Below are positions 29,182-39,466 of a stretch of 64,000 nt of DNA, in pieces. The notes below the pieces were generated by a model that worked only from the letters and a program-made list of their open reading frames with translations, was not told where the DNA came from and made no database searches. The position numbers and the translations under genes were made by a program. The stretch spans positions 6,751-70,750 of the forward strand of contig CAWCSP010000004.1 in the NCBI GenBank assembly GCA_963798215.1, given 5' to 3'. Every line of letters begins with the position of its first letter. The first letter of the stretch is position 1. Origin of the DNA: an uncultured Acidobacteriota bacterium (GTDB lineage Bacteria > Acidobacteriota > Thermoanaerobaculia > UBA5066).

Positions 29182-29559
29182 ATGAACAGCAAGATTCGCA
29201 ACCTGACCCTCGCAGCCGCGGCCCTCGCGGCCCTGACGGTGATCGCTCCGAAGGCGTCGGCGGACGAGAGGGGGCACGTCCGCGGGCCCGGCTCCCATGC
29301 GCCTGCGTTCCACGCGCCCGCATGGCGCGGGCCGTCCCGCGCGTACGTCGCGCCCGCGCGTCCCTTCGTCCGCTACGGATACGGATACCGCGCCCCGTAC
29401 CGCGCGTTCGCGGGCTTCCGCTTCTACCCGTACTGCCCGGGGCCCGGCTACGTCTACGTGGCGAGCTACGGCTGGGCCCTGCCGCCCTTCTTCGGAGCGG
29501 TCTGGATCCCGGGCCACTACGACATCGGAGGTTTCTGGGTGGAGGGCTTCTGGCAGTGA
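29182..29559 (+). CDS. small secreted aromatic/Gly-rich hypothetical protein
   Basis: Signal peptide MNSKIRNLTLAAAALAALTVIAPKASA. Tyr/Trp/Gly-rich C-terminus (GYVYVASYGWALPPFFGAVWIPGHYDIGGFWVEGFW). Confidence 0.5.
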   Translation: MNSKIRNLTLAAAALAALTVIAPKASADERGHVRGPGSHAPAFHAPAWRGPSRAYVAPARPFVRYGYGYRAPYRAFAGFRFYPYCPGPGYVYVASYGWALPPFFGAVWIPGHYDIGGFWVEGFWQ

Positions 29560-29593
29560 GCGCGCCGCCGCGAGGCGGGCGGAGCGGGCGGCC

Positions 29594-30670
29594 TCAGGGC
29601 CGCCCGCTTTCCTTTTCGAGGAGCGCGCGTTTGCGCTCTTCGCCCCAGCGGTAGCCACCCGTCGCGCCGTCGCTCCGCACGATGCGGTGGCACGGGACGA
29701 CGAGCGCGACGGGGTTCCGCGCGCAGGCGGAAGCCACGGCGCGGACGGCCGTCGGCCGGCCGATCGCCTCGGCGAGCTGGGCGTACGAGCGCGTCTCGCC
29801 GCGCGGGATGCGGCGGAGCGCCTCGAAGACGCGCCGCTGGAACGTCGTCGCGCGGAGGTCGAGCGGGATCGACGACAGGTCGACGGATTCCGCGAGCGAG
29901 CGCGCGATGCGCTCCGTCCACTCCGTGAGGGCGGCGGGCGCCTTTTCGATCAGCGCCTCGGGGTACTCGCGCCTGAGGTTCGTCTCGAGAGCGCGGTCCG
30001 AGTCGCCGAGCGTGACGAAGCAGACGCCACGGTCCGTCGCGCCGACGAGGAGGCGGCCGAGCGGCGTCGCGACGGTCGCGAAGCGCACGTGGAGGCCCTT
30101 GCCGCCGCGCGCGTACCGCGCGGGCGTCGTCCCGAGGTGGCGCGGCGCGACCGCGTAGGCGCGGCTGGACGAGCCGTACCCGGCCTCGAAGCTCGCGGAG
30201 GCGACGGGAGCACCGTCCTTGAGGAGCGCCTTGAGGCGGTCGGCGCGCTGCGCGTCGGCGTACTTCTTCGGCGTGACGCCGACGAGCTTCTTGAACGTGC
30301 GCTGGAAGTGAAAGGGTGAGAGACCGGCGACGCGCGCGAGCGTCGCGAGAGGGACGCTCGTATCGGCGTGCGCCTCGAGGAAGGCGACGGCACGCCGGAC
30401 GGCGCGGACCGCTTCGGGCGGCTCGGTCGCCGCGGGCCGGCACCGCAGGCAGGCGCGGAAGCCGGCGGCCTCGGCCTCGGCTGGCCCGGCGAAGAACCGG
30501 ACGTTCTCGCGGTTCGGGCGGCGGGACGCGCAGGACGGGCGGCAGTAGATGCCGGTCGTCACGACGGCGAAGACGAAGCGGCCGTCCTGCGAGGCGTCGC
30601 GGAGAGCGACGGCCTTCCAGGCGGCGCGGGGATCGGGGGAGGACGGCGAGGGCATCGCGGTGATCATCAT
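29594..30670 (-). CDS. ada: bifunctional Ada: AraC-type transcriptional activator / methylated-DNA-protein-cysteine methyltransferase
   Basis: N-terminal Zn Cys cluster (CRPSC...CLRC). AraC HTH. C-terminal PCHRIV active site. Confidence 0.9.
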   Translation of the reverse strand: MMITAMPSPSSPDPRAAWKAVALRDASQDGRFVFAVVTTGIYCRPSCASRRPNRENVRFFAGPAEAEAAGFRACLRCRPAATEPPEAVRAVRRAVAFLEAHADTSVPLATLARVAGLSPFHFQRTFKKLVGVTPKKYADAQRADRLKALLKDGAPVASASFEAGYGSSSRAYAVAPRHLGTTPARYARGGKGLHVRFATVATPLGRLLVGATDRGVCFVTLGDSDRALETNLRREYPEALIEKAPAALTEWTERIARSLAESVDLSSIPLDLRATTFQRRVFEALRRIPRGETRSYAQLAEAIGRPTAVRAVASACARNPVALVVPCHRIVRSDGATGGYRWGEERKRALLEKESGRP

Positions 30671-30734
30671 GCCGCCAATGTGCGGCGGGGAAGGCCTTGG
30701 CTCTCCCCGGATCTTGCGGCCGAATTCCGGCGGA

Positions 30735-31427
30735 TCAGCGCTTGAAGAGCGGCAGGAGCGTGGTCTCGAGACGCTTGAACAGGGCCGCCGTGGCCTCCAC
30801 GTCGCGCCGGCAGTACTCGGCCACTTCGGCGAGCCGCCCCTCGCGGTACGCGTCGCCGACCGCGTACCCGTGCATCTCCTCGCTCTTCGGGGAGGGGATG
30901 CCGAACGCGAGGCACGCGGAATGGAGGTTGGGCCACTGGTCGCGGGAAACAGCTCCCTGGAACGTCAGGATCTCCATCAAATCGACATGCGTATCAATCG
31001 AGTAACGGTAGCCGAGAAGATTCTTAGAAGGTAAGAGGGCGTGGATCGCGCTGCGCACGCTGAGAAATGGCGCGTCGAAGGTGCGGCCGTTGAAAGAAAC
31101 GAGGCGATCGAATCTGGTCACTTTCTCCCAGAAGTCCGCGAGCATCTCCCTCTCGCCACATCCGACATATTCAAAGAGTCCGTCTTCCGACACCCTCGCG
31201 GCGCGCTCGCCTTCTGCCTCGTGCCAGACGATGCCCTTTCCGGTCTCGGGGTTCTGCATCGCGATGACGATGACCTTCCCGGTATAGGGAGAGAGCGCCC
31301 CGCCCTCTTTCCTTCTGAGAAAATCGTCATGGTCCTCGGACCAACGCGTGAGCTTCTCCCGCTGGAGGGGGTCCAGCTCGAGCCACGGGAACGACACCGT
31401 CTCGATGTCGAACACGACCGTCTTCAC
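30735..31427 (-). CDS. RNase H-like 3'-5' exonuclease domain protein
   Basis: MKTVVFDIETV...YNGRTFDAPFL DEDD-type motifs. GTG start. Confidence 0.7.
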   Translation of the reverse strand: MKTVVFDIETVSFPWLELDPLQREKLTRWSEDHDDFLRRKEGGALSPYTGKVIVIAMQNPETGKGIVWHEAEGERAARVSEDGLFEYVGCGEREMLADFWEKVTRFDRLVSFNGRTFDAPFLSVRSAIHALLPSKNLLGYRYSIDTHVDLMEILTFQGAVSRDQWPNLHSACLAFGIPSPKSEEMHGYAVGDAYREGRLAEVAEYCRRDVEATAALFKRLETTLLPLFKR

Positions 31428-32286
31428 GGGATCGGAGCTTACTTCGGGGCGGGCGGGGCGGGGGCGGGGGCGGGCGGTCGGCGCGGGCGTCGTGGGGGGA
31501 AGGCGGGCCGATGCGCTCGGCGAGCCAGTCGAGGATTGCCTTCTCGGCCTCGGGGTGCTCGCGCAGGACCGCGAGGTTGTGGGCGGCGCCCGGGAATATG
31601 AAGAGACGTTTCGGCGGCCGCGCGGCGGCCTCGAGCGTCGTCGCCGAATCGGCGCGGCCGGGGTCCGTCTCGCAGGCGATGATGAGGAGCGACCGCGGGA
31701 CCGGCGGCGTCGCGCCTGCGAGGGCGGCGATCCGCGGCTCGTTCACGGAGATGACGACCGCCGTGTCGACCTGGCCGCGCGAGGCGGCGAGGAGCGCGAG
31801 GTAGCCCCCCGTCGAGAACCCGAGGGCCGCCGTCCTCGGCGCGCGGGCCTTCAGCCACGCGGCCGCCGCCTCGACGTCGCGCGGGAAGCCGTTCGGGTCC
31901 GTCAGGAGGCGCGGCGAGATCGGGATCGGCTGGCCGTTCTTCTTCGTCGACTCGCCGTGGGCGCGCAGGTCGAACGTCAGCGTCGCGTACCCGGCCTCGC
32001 CGAGACGCGCGGCGAGCGGTTCGAGCTCGCGTCGCTCGCGCGAAAAGTCGTGCACGATCAGGACGCCCGGCGCGCGGTCGTCTCCGGGAACGGGACGCCA
32101 CGAGGCGGCGAGGGCGACGCCATCGGCCGTCGTGATCGTGACGCGGTACGGGTCCGGCGGGCGCGGCACGGCCGTCGGCTCGGGCGCCTTCCGCTTCTTC
32201 TTCGCGGCGGCGGGGTGAGCCGCGAGAAACGCGACGGCCGCCCCGACGGCGGCCGCGCGGCGCAGGCGGAGCCGGAAGACCGTCAC
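31327..32286 (-). CDS. secreted alpha/beta hydrolase (dienelactone-hydrolase-like); 3' end uncertain
   Basis: The GTG start overlaps the upstream stop (GTGA). Signal peptide. GFSTGG nucleophile elbow. The C-terminus runs through a GC-rich poly-Pro tract and overlaps the next gene by about 100 nt. An alternative frame stops at 31439, so an indel in the tract is possible. Confidence 0.65.
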   Translation of the reverse strand: MTVFRLRLRRAAAVGAAVAFLAAHPAAAKKKRKAPEPTAVPRPPDPYRVTITTADGVALAASWRPVPGDDRAPGVLIVHDFSRERRELEPLAARLGEAGYATLTFDLRAHGESTKKNGQPIPISPRLLTDPNGFPRDVEAAAAWLKARAPRTAALGFSTGGYLALLAASRGQVDTAVVISVNEPRIAALAGATPPVPRSLLIIACETDPGRADSATTLEAAARPPKRLFIFPGAAHNLAVLREHPEAEKAILDWLAERIGPPSPHDARADRPPPPPPRPPRSKLRSREDGRVRHRDGVVPVARAGPPPAGEAHALVRGP

Positions 32287-33305
32287 TTCGGGCGGAACCC
32301 GCTCCCGAAGGCGAAGAGCACGTGGTCGTGGGCGTAGTGGACGAGGAGGAACGAGAGGACGACCGCGTAGTAGCTCGGCTCGGCCGGCAGCTTGAGGACG
32401 ATCGTGAGGAGGACGATCACGAGCGTCGCGCCCGTCGTCAGGAGGATGTTCCAGCCGTAGTACCGGAAGAACTTCCCGGGCTGCGCGAGCTTCTTGGCGA
32501 GGCTCTCCTTGGCGATCGTGTTGTCCTGCTGGAGGATGAGGTACGTGAGGCCGAGGTACTGGAAGGAGTGCCAGGCGTTGAAGCCCTGGAAGGAGATCGA
32601 GAGCTCGGGCATCCGCGGGATGAAGAGCGCGACGCCGACCGTGAGCGCCATGAAGAAGACGTACGGGCCGCCGACTTCCCTCAGGCGGAGCTGGTTCAGC
32701 GTGTAGACGATCCACGCCGCGAGGAGCGCGGCCGTGACGGCGGCGAAGCCGTCCGCGAACCACGCGTGCTTGAGGAACGCGGGGAACCAGAGCGTCGTCT
32801 CGCCGATCCGGAACGTGCCGGCGACGTGCCGGTACATCGCGTAGCTGTAGAGCGAGAAGAGGATGACGCCGACGTCGAGGCCGCGCTGCCAGGGCTTCGC
32901 GGCGCCGCCCTTCTCGCGGTAGAGGTAGGCGATGTACGACGCCTGGTCGCAGACGTGGATCGAGGCCCACGTGAAGAAGACCGTCAGGAGCGCCTGGAAC
33001 GCGAACACGGCGCCGGAGATGACGATCAGGGGGATCACGACGACCGGGGCGAACGTGAGCGCGGGGTGGATCTTCCGGAAGTTCGGCTCGAAGACCGTCT
33101 TCAGGAACGTCGCGTACATGTGGGGCCCGCCGACGAGGAGCGTGATCAGGAGGTCCACCCCGCCGGCGGTCGTCTTCCCGAAGGAATGCACGAGGGGCGG
33201 CACGGCCACGAGGACGGCGGAGAGGGAGAGGACGATCAGGTCCCAGCGGGGATTCGAGATCCACGGGGACGAGGTCGGAGCCATGGAGTCGGCGCGTGCG
33301 CTCAT
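32283..33305 (-). CDS. polytopic membrane protein with His-rich motifs (HVCDQ, HYAHDH), function unknown
   Basis: 340-aa clean ORF with about 8 TM helices. The His boxes suggest a di-iron lipid desaturase/hydroxylase-like fold, which is speculative. Confidence 0.6.
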   Translation of the reverse strand: MSARADSMAPTSSPWISNPRWDLIVLSLSAVLVAVPPLVHSFGKTTAGGVDLLITLLVGGPHMYATFLKTVFEPNFRKIHPALTFAPVVVIPLIVISGAVFAFQALLTVFFTWASIHVCDQASYIAYLYREKGGAAKPWQRGLDVGVILFSLYSYAMYRHVAGTFRIGETTLWFPAFLKHAWFADGFAAVTAALLAAWIVYTLNQLRLREVGGPYVFFMALTVGVALFIPRMPELSISFQGFNAWHSFQYLGLTYLILQQDNTIAKESLAKKLAQPGKFFRYYGWNILLTTGATLVIVLLTIVLKLPAEPSYYAVVLSFLLVHYAHDHVLFAFGSGFRPK

Positions 33306-33383
33306 TCAATCCCCGCTGGCCGTCCGGCCGCCGGCGCGCCGAGTGTAGCAAAGGGAATTTTCCGTCCACGCGCGGGCGTTAAG

Positions 33384-34391
33384 ATGCGCGCGATGAATGG
33401 GATCGAATCTCTTTCCGACGCGCGGCCGGGCTTCCCGGAGGGGACGGACTTCGAGGCCGAGATCCGCCGACTGAAGAAGGAGCGGAACGCGATCATCCTC
33501 GCGCACTACTACCAGGAGTCCGAGATCCAGGACGTCGCGGACTTCGTGGGGGACTCGCTCGAGCTCGCGCGCCGCGGCAAGGAGGCGAGGGAGACCGTCA
33601 TCGCGTTCGCCGGCGTTCACTTCATGGCGGAGACGTCGAAGATCCTGACGCCGGAGAAGACGGTCGTCGTGCCGGACCTCGAGGCGGGCTGCTCGCTCGC
33701 GGACGGCTGCCCGGCGCCGCTCTTCGCCGAGTGGCTCGGAAAATACCCGGGCCACACGGTCGTCAGCTACATCAACTGCTCGGCGGCCGTGAAGGCGCTT
33801 TCGGACGTCATCGTGACGTCGTCGTCGGCCGAGGTCATCCTGCGGCAGATCCCCGACCCGGTCGTCTTCGCGCCCGACCGCAACCTCGCTGCGTGGCTCG
33901 AGAAGAAGCTGGGCCGGAAGTTCGTGGTGTGGCCGGGGACGTGCGTCGTCCACGAGACGTTCTCGGAACGGAAGCTCCTCGACCTCGTGGTCCGCCACCC
34001 GGAGGCCGAGGTCATCGCGCATCCCGAGTGCGAGCCGCGCATCCTCGCGCACGCCGCGTTCGTCGCGTCGACGTCGGGCCTCCTGAGGCACGTCGTCTCG
34101 TCGCCGAAGCAGGCGTTCATCGTCGCGACGGAGGAAGGGATCCTCCACCAGATGCAGCTCGCGGCGCCCGGGAAGACGCTCATCCCGGCGCCGCCGGACG
34201 CGGACTGCTCCTGCAACACCTGCCCGCACATGAAGCGCAACACGCTCGAGAAGCTCACCCGGTGCCTCCGCGACCTCGCGCCGGCGATCGAGGTGCCCGA
34301 GGCCGTGCGGGTGAAGGCGAAGAGGTCGATCGACCGCATGCTCGAGATGACGGCCGGGCAGACCCTGGCGCCCGTCGGCTCGCGGTCTTGA
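33384..34391 (+). CDS. nadA: quinolinate synthase NadA
   Basis: ILAHYYQ motif, VHFMAE motif and three conserved Cys regions. About 335 aa. Confidence 0.9.
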   Translation: MRAMNGIESLSDARPGFPEGTDFEAEIRRLKKERNAIILAHYYQESEIQDVADFVGDSLELARRGKEARETVIAFAGVHFMAETSKILTPEKTVVVPDLEAGCSLADGCPAPLFAEWLGKYPGHTVVSYINCSAAVKALSDVIVTSSSAEVILRQIPDPVVFAPDRNLAAWLEKKLGRKFVVWPGTCVVHETFSERKLLDLVVRHPEAEVIAHPECEPRILAHAAFVASTSGLLRHVVSSPKQAFIVATEEGILHQMQLAAPGKTLIPAPPDADCSCNTCPHMKRNTLEKLTRCLRDLAPAIEVPEAVRVKAKRSIDRMLEMTAGQTLAPVGSRS

Positions 34392-36703
34392 GCGCGCGTC
34401 TCCCGCGCGTCTGGATTCTCGGGGGCAGCGCCCTCCTCGCCGCCGGGCTCGCGGCGGCATTCACGGTCCTTCCCGAGTGGCGCGCGGTCCCGCCGCGCCC
34501 CGCGAACGCCGTCGAGAGCGCACGTGCGGCGATGCACGACGCCGGCGCCACGCTCACGAAGGCGACTCTCGAGTTCGCGGCGCGACCGAACCACTCGACG
34601 GAAGTCGAGCGCGCGTACCGCCGGCTGGGCGCGGGCGCGCGGGGCTACCTCGAGTCCACGGGCGGCGCGTTCGCGTGGACGGTGAGGGGGACGCTCTCCC
34701 TGTCGGGCGGCGGCGCCGGTTCCGCCCGGATCGCGTTTTCGCCGGACGGGTCGATCCAGGCGGTGGACTGGTCGCCCGAGGGGTCCATCTTCGAAGGCCC
34801 GGACGAGAAGACGCGCGCGGCCCGCGGCGCGTTCTCCTCGAAGCTCGAGGACCTCGTGCGCGGCGGGCGCAAGAAGACGGGCGGGGAGCTGAGCTTCCCC
34901 GCCACGAACGTCATGGTCCGCATCCAGCCGCTGGAGCCCGCGGCCGGCGCGCCGGCCGAGAACGTGCAGACGGTGGAGTCCGGCGGCATCAGCCTTTCCG
35001 TCTCGCGCCGGCTGCGCGATCCGGACGCGCCGCGCCTCTTCAACGCCGAGGGAATCGCGCGGCGGATTTACCGCTTCATCCCGTCGGTGGTCGTCTTCCT
35101 CGCCGTCGCCGTCGCGTTCGGCCTCCTCCTCTACCGCCGCCGGCTGGGCTTCAGGATCGCGATCTTCCTCACGGCGCTGGCGCTCGTCTACGAGGCGGCC
35201 GGCGGCCTTCCGCACGAGGAGGTCGCGGGCGGGGGGTTCGTCGCGATCGCGATCGGGGTCCGGCTCTTCGCCCTCCTCTACCTGCTTGCGCTCTGGGCCG
35301 TCGCCGAGTCGCTCCTGAGGGACACCGTGCCGGGCTTCACGACGAGCCTCGACTCCTTCGTCGCGCGGCGGCTCGGGCCGCGCGGTGGCGTCGCGATCCT
35401 CTCGGGCCTCGGCGCGGGCGCAGCGATCGTCGGGATCACGCTCCTTGCGTTCGCGGCGGCGGCGCTCGCGGCCCCGCACGGCGTCCGGCCGTCGGATCTG
35501 TCGTTTCCGTACCCGCTCTTCCAGTCGCAGAAGGGCCCGTTCTACGAGGGCACGTTCGACGCCGCACTCTTCGTGCTGTTCGTCGCGCTCCTGCGCTTCG
35601 TCCTCCCGCGGCGGTGGGCTGGCACCGCGGGGGCGGTCCTGTTCGCGCTCGTCCTGTCGGTCGCGCTGCCGCTCGAGCCGTGGGGCGCGAGCCTCGCCCT
35701 GTGCCTCCTCTACGCGCTCGTCTTCCGCGGCGTGTTCGACGCGCACGGTCTCGCCGCGCTCCTCGTCGCGGCGGTCTCGTCGTCGCTCCTGAGGGACGCG
35801 CTCGTCGCGTGCCGCGCGCTGGACGGCAACGCCCTCGCGGCCGTCGCGACCGTCCTTCCCCTCGCCGCGATCGCGGCGGCGGGTGCGATCGGGCTACGGC
35901 GTCCGGACTCCGAGGAAGAGGGCCGGATCGACGCGCCCGAGTACGTACGGCGGCTCGAGTCCGAGCGACGCGTGAAGTACGAGATGGACCTTCTGTCGCG
36001 CATGCAGCTCTCGCTGCTGCCCGACAAGCCTCCGATCGTCGAGGGACTCGACCTCGCCGTGAAGACCGTCCTCGCGACCGAGGCGGGCGGCGACCTCTTC
36101 GACTTCGTGATCGACGACGCGGGGACGCTCTGGATCGCGGCGGGCGACGTGTCGGGCCACGGCTACTCCTGCGGCATCCAGCAGGCGATGGTCATGGCCT
36201 CGCTCGCGAGTCTCGTGAAGGCGGGGCGCAGGCCGTCCGAAATTCTCGTCGAGATCGACCGCGTGCTCCGCATGGGGAGGAGCGGCCGTCTCTTCACGTC
36301 CGTCGCGCTCCTGAACATCGACCCGAAGACGGGGATGGGGCTTCTCGCGAACGCCGGCCACCCGTACCCGCTCCTCCTCGAGGAGGGCGTCTGCCGCGAA
36401 ATCGCGGGCTCGGGCCTGCCGCTCGGGCAGGGGCCGAAGCGCACGTACGACGACATCGCCGTGGAGATTCCCAGGGGCGGCGTCCTCATCCTCGCCTCGG
36501 ACGGGCTCTACGAGGGGCCGGACCTCGTCGACGCGCCGTACGGCTACGATCGGCCGCGGGACGTCCTGACGGTCGCGAGCCTCTGGCGGCGGCCCGCGGA
36601 GGCGATCGTGGAGGCACTCTTCGCGGACTGGCGGCGGCACGTGGGCGAGGGCACTCCCGCGGACGACACGACCGTGCTGGTCGTCAAGCGGCCTCTGTTC
36701 TGA
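34388..36703 (+). CDS. membrane-anchored PP2C/SpoIIE-family serine phosphatase (RsbU-like)
   Basis: TTG start overlapping the nadA stop. N-terminal region with several TM helices. C-terminal GDVSGHG...ASDGLYE PP2C motifs. Confidence 0.8.
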   Translation: MSARLPRVWILGGSALLAAGLAAAFTVLPEWRAVPPRPANAVESARAAMHDAGATLTKATLEFAARPNHSTEVERAYRRLGAGARGYLESTGGAFAWTVRGTLSLSGGGAGSARIAFSPDGSIQAVDWSPEGSIFEGPDEKTRAARGAFSSKLEDLVRGGRKKTGGELSFPATNVMVRIQPLEPAAGAPAENVQTVESGGISLSVSRRLRDPDAPRLFNAEGIARRIYRFIPSVVVFLAVAVAFGLLLYRRRLGFRIAIFLTALALVYEAAGGLPHEEVAGGGFVAIAIGVRLFALLYLLALWAVAESLLRDTVPGFTTSLDSFVARRLGPRGGVAILSGLGAGAAIVGITLLAFAAAALAAPHGVRPSDLSFPYPLFQSQKGPFYEGTFDAALFVLFVALLRFVLPRRWAGTAGAVLFALVLSVALPLEPWGASLALCLLYALVFRGVFDAHGLAALLVAAVSSSLLRDALVACRALDGNALAAVATVLPLAAIAAAGAIGLRRPDSEEEGRIDAPEYVRRLESERRVKYEMDLLSRMQLSLLPDKPPIVEGLDLAVKTVLATEAGGDLFDFVIDDAGTLWIAAGDVSGHGYSCGIQQAMVMASLASLVKAGRRPSEILVEIDRVLRMGRSGRLFTSVALLNIDPKTGMGLLANAGHPYPLLLEEGVCREIAGSGLPLGQGPKRTYDDIAVEIPRGGVLILASDGLYEGPDLVDAPYGYDRPRDVLTVASLWRRPAEAIVEALFADWRRHVGEGTPADDTTVLVVKRPLF

Positions 36704-36705
36704 CG

Positions 36706-37866
36706 ATGAGGAAGCCTCCGCTCGACGGGATCGTCGTCCTCGATCTCTCACGCGTCCTCGCGGGCCCGCTGGCGACGATGCTCCTCGCGGACCTCGGCGC
36801 CCGCGTGATCAAGGTGGAGGACCCGCGCGGCGGCGACGTCTCGCGCGGCTGGACGCCGCCCGCGCTCGACGGCGAGGCGGCGTATTTCCTGTCGGTGAAC
36901 CGGCGGAAGGAATCCGCCGCCGTGGACCTCGGGACGCCCGAAGGCCAGGAGTTCGTCCGGCGCTGGGCGGCCAGGGCCGACGTCCTCGTCGAGAATTTCC
37001 TCCCGGGCGCGCTCGAGAAGCGCGGGATCGGCTTGGACGCCCTGCGCGCCCTCAACCCGCGCCTCGTCGCGTGTTCGATCTCCGGCGCGGGAGACGTGGG
37101 GCCCCAGGCCGGCGAGCCGGGCTTCGACCTCCTCGCGCAGGGCGCGACGGGCCTCATGGCGATCACGGGGCCCGAAGGCGGCGCGCCGCACAAGATCGGC
37201 GTCGCGGTCGTGGACGTCCTCGCGGGCTGGGCGGCGCTCGCGGAGATCCTCGCGGCGCTCCACGCGCGCGAGCGCGACGGAGCCGGCGCGCACGTGAAGA
37301 CGAACCTCCTCTCCGCGGGCCTCGCGGCGCTCGTGAACGTCGCGGGTTCGGCGCTCGTCACGGGCCGCGAAGCGGCGCGCCACGGCAACTCCCACGCCAC
37401 GATCGAGCCGTACCGCGCGTTCGAGGCCTCGGACGGCGGTTTCCTTCTCGCAGTCGGAACCGACCGGCAATTCGGAGTTTTCTGCGAAAGGGTCATCGGG
37501 CGGCCGGACCTGGCTGCGAATCCGCGGTTCGCCACGAATGCGGGGCGCGTCTCGAACCGCGCGGAGCTCGTTCCGATCCTCGAAGAAATCTTCGTGAGGG
37601 AATCCCGAGCCACGTGGCTCGCACGCCTCCGCGAGGCCGCTCTTCCCGCCGGGCCCGTGCTCGGCGTTCTCGAGGCGCTGCGCTCGCCGCAGGCCGAGGC
37701 GCTCGGGAGCGTCCTCGTCACGGAGCGGGACGGCCGGAGCGTGCCGGCCGTCCGGCCGCCGTTCTTCCTCGAAGGATTCTCCGACCCGCCGGCGGCCGCG
37801 CCCCCACGCCTCGGCGAGGACACGGCGCGACTCTTCGCCGAAGTCGGCCTCGCTCCGCCGGCGTGA
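36706..37866 (+). CDS. CoA-transferase family III (CaiB/BaiF) protein
   Basis: The N-terminal GIVVLDLSRVLAGPLATMLLADLGARVIKVE is the hallmark of family III. Confidence 0.85.
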   Translation: MRKPPLDGIVVLDLSRVLAGPLATMLLADLGARVIKVEDPRGGDVSRGWTPPALDGEAAYFLSVNRRKESAAVDLGTPEGQEFVRRWAARADVLVENFLPGALEKRGIGLDALRALNPRLVACSISGAGDVGPQAGEPGFDLLAQGATGLMAITGPEGGAPHKIGVAVVDVLAGWAALAEILAALHARERDGAGAHVKTNLLSAGLAALVNVAGSALVTGREAARHGNSHATIEPYRAFEASDGGFLLAVGTDRQFGVFCERVIGRPDLAANPRFATNAGRVSNRAELVPILEEIFVRESRATWLARLREAALPAGPVLGVLEALRSPQAEALGSVLVTERDGRSVPAVRPPFFLEGFSDPPAAAPPRLGEDTARLFAEVGLAPPA

Positions 37867-37903
37867 GGAGGCTCCGGCCCGGCTGGGGTAGTCTCGGAGC
37901 TGC

Positions 37904-38500
37904 ATGAAGGTCGCATTCATCGGCACGCACGGGGTCGGGAAGACGACGCTCTGTTACGACCTGGCGGCCGCCCTCAAGAAGAGAGACCTGACCGTCGAGA
38001 TCGTCCGGGAGGTCGCGCGGGAGTGCCCGCTCCCGATCAACCAGGAGACGACGCTCAAGGCCCAGGCCTGGATCCTCCACACCCAGATCGCCTGGGAGCT
38101 CCAGGCCGAGGCGAAGGCCGATGTGGTGTTCTGCGACCGCGCGGTCCTCGACAACTACTGCTACATGAAGCGTGCGTTCTCGGGGGCGCCCGAGGAACCG
38201 GTGCTCGAGAGCCTCGTCAGGAGCTGGACGCGGACGTACGACGGGCTTTTCAAGGTTCCGATCGTCGGCGACCCGCACTTCGACGGCGTGCGCGACACGG
38301 ACCTCGCCTTCCAGCACGAGATCGACCGCTCGATCCAGCAGACGCTTGCCGCGTGGAACGTACCGCACGTCGCGCTCGACCCGGCGCGGCGCGCCGAATG
38401 GTCCGCCCACGTCCTCGACACCCTGCTCCCGCGTCTCAAGCCGCAGGAGCTCCTGTTCCCGGAGCTCGACAAACCGCTCAACGGCGTCCGCGCCGGCTGA
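37904..38500 (+). CDS. P-loop NTPase (AAA_28/NadR-like nucleoside kinase domain)
   Basis: Walker A GTHGVGKTT. 198 aa. Confidence 0.7.
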   Translation: MKVAFIGTHGVGKTTLCYDLAAALKKRDLTVEIVREVARECPLPINQETTLKAQAWILHTQIAWELQAEAKADVVFCDRAVLDNYCYMKRAFSGAPEEPVLESLVRSWTRTYDGLFKVPIVGDPHFDGVRDTDLAFQHEIDRSIQQTLAAWNVPHVALDPARRAEWSAHVLDTLLPRLKPQELLFPELDKPLNGVRAG

Positions 38501-38509
38501 GGAGGCCTC

Positions 38510-39427
38510 ATGGAAGACTTCGAACGCCGCCGCTTCTTCGAAACGCTCGCCACGACGCCGCAGACGCTCAAGGCCTCGCTCAAGGGCCTCTCGAAGAAGG
38601 TCCTTCTCTGGACGCCTGCCCCGGGGAAATGGTCGATCCTCGAGATCCTCTGCCACATGCGCGACATGGAGCGCGAGGCCTACATCGAGCGCTACACGCG
38701 CATCCTCTCTGAGGACGAGCCGAAGCTGCCGGACCTGAACGGCGAGGCGTTCGCAATTCTGCGCGCCTACCGCAGCCAGAAGGCGCCCGAGGTCGTGCGC
38801 GAGTGGGTCGCGCTGCGACGCCAGACACTCCAGCTCCTGCGAAAGACCGGAAAGGCTCAGTGGGCGCGCGCGGGCGTTCACGCGACGGCCGGCCGGCTCA
38901 CGATGGAAGACCTGATCCAGCGGCACGCCGTCGGCAACGACACGGCGCATCTCGGGCAGATCGAGGCGATCAAGCGGCGTTTCGCCGTCCTCGAGCGCCT
39001 TGCCGCCGCCCCCGCGGCGCTCGCCGCGGCGCTCAAGGGCGCGCCGGACGACGTGCTCCGGCGCAAGGCAGACGGCGGAAAGTGGTCGATGGTCGAGAAC
39101 GCCGCGCACGTCCGCGACATCGAGCGCGTCTACCAGGGCCGCTTCACGCAGATGGCGTTCGGCGACAAGCCGGCGTTCTGGATGCTCGACAACGACGCCG
39201 CCGCGACGGCGCTCAAGTACGCCGAGGCCGACCCCGCCGAGGTCGCCAAGGAGTTCAAGCGCCTGCGGGAGGATTCCATCGCCCTCCTGCGCGCGCTCCC
39301 GCACGAGGCGTGGGAGAAGACCGGAATCCACCCGGAGAAGGGCGAGATCACCGTCGAGCAGCTCGCCGTCCGCCTCGCCGACCACACCGACGCCCATCTC
39401 GGACGGATCAAAAGCCTCAGAGGTTAA
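38510..39427 (+). CDS. DinB/YfiT-like (DinB_2) protein, internally duplicated
   Basis: Two repeats carrying the conserved His (WSILEILCHMRDME and WSMVENAAHVRDIE). Confidence 0.7.
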   Translation: MEDFERRRFFETLATTPQTLKASLKGLSKKVLLWTPAPGKWSILEILCHMRDMEREAYIERYTRILSEDEPKLPDLNGEAFAILRAYRSQKAPEVVREWVALRRQTLQLLRKTGKAQWARAGVHATAGRLTMEDLIQRHAVGNDTAHLGQIEAIKRRFAVLERLAAAPAALAAALKGAPDDVLRRKADGGKWSMVENAAHVRDIERVYQGRFTQMAFGDKPAFWMLDNDAAATALKYAEADPAEVAKEFKRLREDSIALLRALPHEAWEKTGIHPEKGEITVEQLAVRLADHTDAHLGRIKSLRG

Positions 39428-39466
39428 GAGCTCGAGCCCTTGCTAAGAAATCTCTTCTCTTCGTTC

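Noticed and set aside
34477-37866. 1129-aa plus-strand ORF
   Set aside because: Off-frame read-through spanning the PP2C phosphatase and CoA-transferase genes, which are recognisable in the other frame.
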